This document shows positions 14,922 through 17,537 of a DNA stretch of 17,537 bases, in pieces. Source of the DNA: Bdellovibrionia bacterium (GTDB lineage Bacteria > Bdellovibrionota > UBA1018). The DNA lies in assembly GCA_045805065.1 (NCBI GenBank), contig JBJMMA010000071.1:1-17537 (forward strand), given 5' to 3'. Position 1 is the stretch's first letter. Each line of letters starts with the position of its first letter. A program made the position numbers and the translations under genes. The notes beneath the pieces are model-generated. The model was not told the origin of the DNA. It saw nothing but the letters and a program-made list of their open reading frames with translations, and ran no database searches.

Positions 14922-15986
14922 ATGGCAGCGTCTATCGGGGGAGCGATAAAGGTTGAGCCCGGGCAGCTTGGGTTATCCACGTTTTCGCAGGCTGCCACGG
15001 TAGCTAGCGAAATCTTGACGGAGGTCATGCGGTTTCGGCGTATCTCGGATTCTGACATGGCTTGCACTGATTCACCCTGTAAGAAGTGCTCGGCGCCGCA
15101 TCTTTCCAAGGTGATCTCTGCGGTTGAGCGAGGACAGCCCATTACTTTCGTGCTCCCCGCGTTTCCAGGAAAGTCTCCCAATCCGGCTAAGGTTCTGGGG
15201 CCTTTGCCCGACATGGCTGAAAGGCGCGCTCTTGAGTTTTTGCAACACCTCTGTGATCGGATCGAGCGGTCCTATGCACCTGGCGCCCAAATGATCTTGT
15301 GCTCCGACGGCAGGGTTTTTAGCGACGTCGTCGGAATGCGTGATCATGACGTGACCGCCTATCAGGAAGAGTTATCGCAGATGATAGCCGAATTGGGTCT
15401 AAGCTCGATCTCGACTTTCAACCTTGAAGAGCTCTATGAGGATCTGAGTTTTGATGAAATGCGCGCGCAATTGATGGAACAGTATGGAGAGCCTCTTGAG
15501 CTTCTCAAATCGTCTGTTAGCCGTGGCGGTAAAACAGGCGATTGCTCGGTGGATGACAAAGAAGCTCATCGACTCTATTGCGGCATCACGCGCTTCCTTC
15601 TTGAAGACGCCTTTTGTCCTGGGCAAACGCAAAGCCGCACTGCACTTCAGAAAGAGTGTCGAATCCGCGCCTATGAGGTCATTCAAAGAAGCAAAGCATG
15701 GGGCGAGTTGGTTGAAAAGCGCTTTCCGGATGCTGTCCGACTATCCATTCATCCGCAAAGTTGCGGCGCAAAGAAGCTAGGCATTCGGTTGATCGAGCCG
15801 GATCAGTGGCAAACGCCCTGGCATGGGGTTGCGGTCGATCTGGGAGGGCGCTTTGTGCTTCTCAAGCGTTCACAGGCAGAGGCACTGGGAGCGCGCCTGG
15901 TGACTCAATCTGGGCGTCCCAGTCACTATGTCCTGACGGCTAAGGATGGGCACCAGCCATTCCAGGGAGTTGAAAATGGAAACTAA
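14922..15986 (+). CDS. pvcA: isonitrile (isocyanide) synthase, PvcA/IsnA/Dit1 family
   Basis: Family motifs LPAFPGKSPN, LGPLPDMAE, CSDGRVFSD, VRLSIHP, TPWHG. ATG 14922 follows GAAGGGG. Confidence 0.92.
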   Translation: MAASIGGAIKVEPGQLGLSTFSQAATVASEILTEVMRFRRISDSDMACTDSPCKKCSAPHLSKVISAVERGQPITFVLPAFPGKSPNPAKVLGPLPDMAERRALEFLQHLCDRIERSYAPGAQMILCSDGRVFSDVVGMRDHDVTAYQEELSQMIAELGLSSISTFNLEELYEDLSFDEMRAQLMEQYGEPLELLKSSVSRGGKTGDCSVDDKEAHRLYCGITRFLLEDAFCPGQTQSRTALQKECRIRAYEVIQRSKAWGELVEKRFPDAVRLSIHPQSCGAKKLGIRLIEPDQWQTPWHGVAVDLGGRFVLLKRSQAEALGARLVTQSGRPSHYVLTAKDGHQPFQGVENGN

Positions 15987-16812
15987 AACGATACGAGTGA
16001 ATCCCTTTGGTTTGCTTCTGGAGCCTGTTGGCGCTGATGACGATATTTGCGATCTCGACGTGGATCTGTTGCGAGAACTGGTTTGGCGTGAGCGTCTCAT
16101 CATCTTGCGCGGATTCCGAAATTTTTCGGGGGCCGACGATTTCGCCCAGTATTGCGAACGTTGGGGTGAAATCAGTGTCTGGCCCTTTGGAAAAGTCCTT
16201 GAGCTCGTTGAGCGCAATAATCCAGAGGATCACATTTTCGATAACAACTACGTTCCCTTGCATTGGGACGGAATGTATCGGCCTCAAGTCCCGGAGTTTC
16301 AGCTTTTCCACTGCGTTCGAGCGCCTCGTACCGGCCAAGGAGGCCGGACGACGTTTTCAAATACGGTTCTCGCCTTAGAAAACGCTTCCACCCAGCTGCG
16401 CGAGCTGTGGCAAAGAGTCACCGGGCACTACGAGCGCAGGATGGAATTCTACGACAGCAAAACAGTCTCTCCCATTGTTGACGCCCATCCCTTGAGAAAC
16501 TTTCCTGTGATTCGCTATAACGAGCCTCCGAGTGAAGGGTTCTCGCATTTTGTGAATCCGCCGACTCTCGAGTTCACAGGCGTGAGCGGTGACGAGCTCT
16601 TGGAGTTTCATCGGAGCCTGCGGCAGGCCCTCTATTCGCCGAGCTGCTTCTATGCGCATGAGTGGCAGGAAGGGGATCTTGTGGTCGCCGACAATTTCTC
16701 GCTCTTGCACGGCAGGGAGGCCTTTGAAACAAAAGCCCCTCGGCACTTGAGACGGGTGCACGTGCTCAGTCGTCCTGCTTTGAATAACCCGCACCTTGTG
16801 TCTTATAAATGA
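15976..16812 (+). CDS. pvcB: Fe(II)/2-oxoglutarate dioxygenase, TauD/TfdA family (PvcB/IsnB-like)
   Basis: Facial triad H-W-D ... LLHGR, GGRTTF, DLVVADN. SD GGGAG; 11-bp overlap with pvcA. Confidence 0.9.
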   Translation: METKTIRVNPFGLLLEPVGADDDICDLDVDLLRELVWRERLIILRGFRNFSGADDFAQYCERWGEISVWPFGKVLELVERNNPEDHIFDNNYVPLHWDGMYRPQVPEFQLFHCVRAPRTGQGGRTTFSNTVLALENASTQLRELWQRVTGHYERRMEFYDSKTVSPIVDAHPLRNFPVIRYNEPPSEGFSHFVNPPTLEFTGVSGDELLEFHRSLRQALYSPSCFYAHEWQEGDLVVADNFSLLHGREAFETKAPRHLRRVHVLSRPALNNPHLVSYK

Positions 16813-17537
16813 GCTGGCAAATGAGCAGGCCAAACAATTCGCCAGAGGTTGACGTTGTCATTGTAGGAGCAGGTCCCGTAGGGCTCATGTGCTCCTATCT
16901 GGGACAGCTGTGTGGTCTGCGCACCGTTGTTGTTGATCAGTCTGACGGACCTATAGAAGCCGGCAGAGCGGACGCGCTCAATGCGCGTACTTTGCAACTG
17001 CTCGAGCTGGCCGGACTATTTGACGAGCTTTATCCTTTAGGAAAAGCCTGCAACACAAGTTCCGTATGGGCTGATGGCAAATTCATCTCACGTCAATCGT
17101 CGTGGTGGGACGAGCTTGAAGGTTGTTTTCATAAACACTTTTTAATGCTTGGACAGTCCCATGTCGAAAAGCTTTTAGACAGCAAGCTCCAAAAGACAGG
17201 CTCTGCGGTTCGGCGTTCAACAACTGTTGAGAACGTTGAAGTGGTGGAAGAAGGATGTCTGACGACTCTCTCCAATGGAGATAGGATTCAGTCGAGCTAC
17301 GTGATCGGAGCGGACGGTTCCCGATCGTTTGTCCGCGATCACTTTAAGATCCCTTTTGAAATCGTAAGGCCCCAAATCGTATGGGCTGTCATTGACGGCA
17401 TCATAGAAACAGACTTTCCGAAGGTTCCTGAAATCATCGTTTTTCAGGCAGAAACATCTGATGTGGCATGGATTCCCAGGGAAGGTACGATCGACAGGTT
17501 TTACGTCAGAATGGATACCCGGGAGTTTACTCTCGAG
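16809..17537 (+). CDS. FAD-dependent monooxygenase (group A, PheA/TfdB-like), partial; runs off the right edge
   Basis: Translated by hand; not in the ORF track. MSWQMSRPNNSPEVDVVIVGAGPVGLMC...GRADALNARTLQLLE...LGQSHVEKLL...YVIGADGSRSFVR... contains GxGxxG and DG motifs. ATGA overlap with pvcB; alternative ATG at 16821. Confidence 0.9.
   Translation, partial: MSWQMSRPNNSPEVDVVIVGAGPVGLMCSYLGQLCGLRTVVVDQSDGPIEAGRADALNARTLQLLELAGLFDELYPLGKACNTSSVWADGKFISRQSSWWDELEGCFHKHFLMLGQSHVEKLLDSKLQKTGSAVRRSTTVENVEVVEEGCLTTLSNGDRIQSSYVIGADGSRSFVRDHFKIPFEIVRPQIVWAVIDGIIETDFPKVPEIIVFQAETSDVAWIPREGTIDRFYVRMDTREFTLE

Noticed and set aside
1..17537. CRISPR arrays, IS or integrase genes, rRNA/tRNA genes, defence systems
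   Set aside because: No regularly spaced repeats, transposase or integrase motifs or RNA gene signatures were seen by eye. The DEDDh exonuclease has no cas or other defence neighbours.

Overview
Accessory-type chromosomal segment from a moderately GC-rich bacterium. The orphan secreted proteins and the many sigma54-type motifs suggest Bdellovibrionota or a similar deltaproteobacteria-like lineage (inference only). From left to right it contains: the 5' part of an AMP-binding acyl-CoA ligase (minus strand, absent from the ORF track); a 4-oxalocrotonate tautomerase plus DUF1992 pair; a secreted 14-Cys orphan; a four-gene CUT1 sugar ABC importer; an orphan secreted protein; a DUF4142 protein; a matrixin-type metalloprotease preceded by a secreted TIMP/NTR-like protein; a di-heme (DHOR) oxidoreductase followed by a Cys/Gly beta-repeat protein; a DEDDh exonuclease; a PQ-loop/SemiSWEET-like protein with a coupled small cytoplasmic protein; a DJ-1/PfpI protein; and a LysR-controlled isonitrile cluster (PvcA-like, PvcB-like, FAD monooxygenase) that runs off the right edge. 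I saw no rRNA, tRNA, CRISPR array or mobile element. The most notable observations are the pro-domain-less matrixin with its TIMP-like partner, the isonitrile cluster, the DHOR/Cys-repeat pair, and recurring sigma54 -24/-12 motifs, some of which imply near-leaderless mRNAs.
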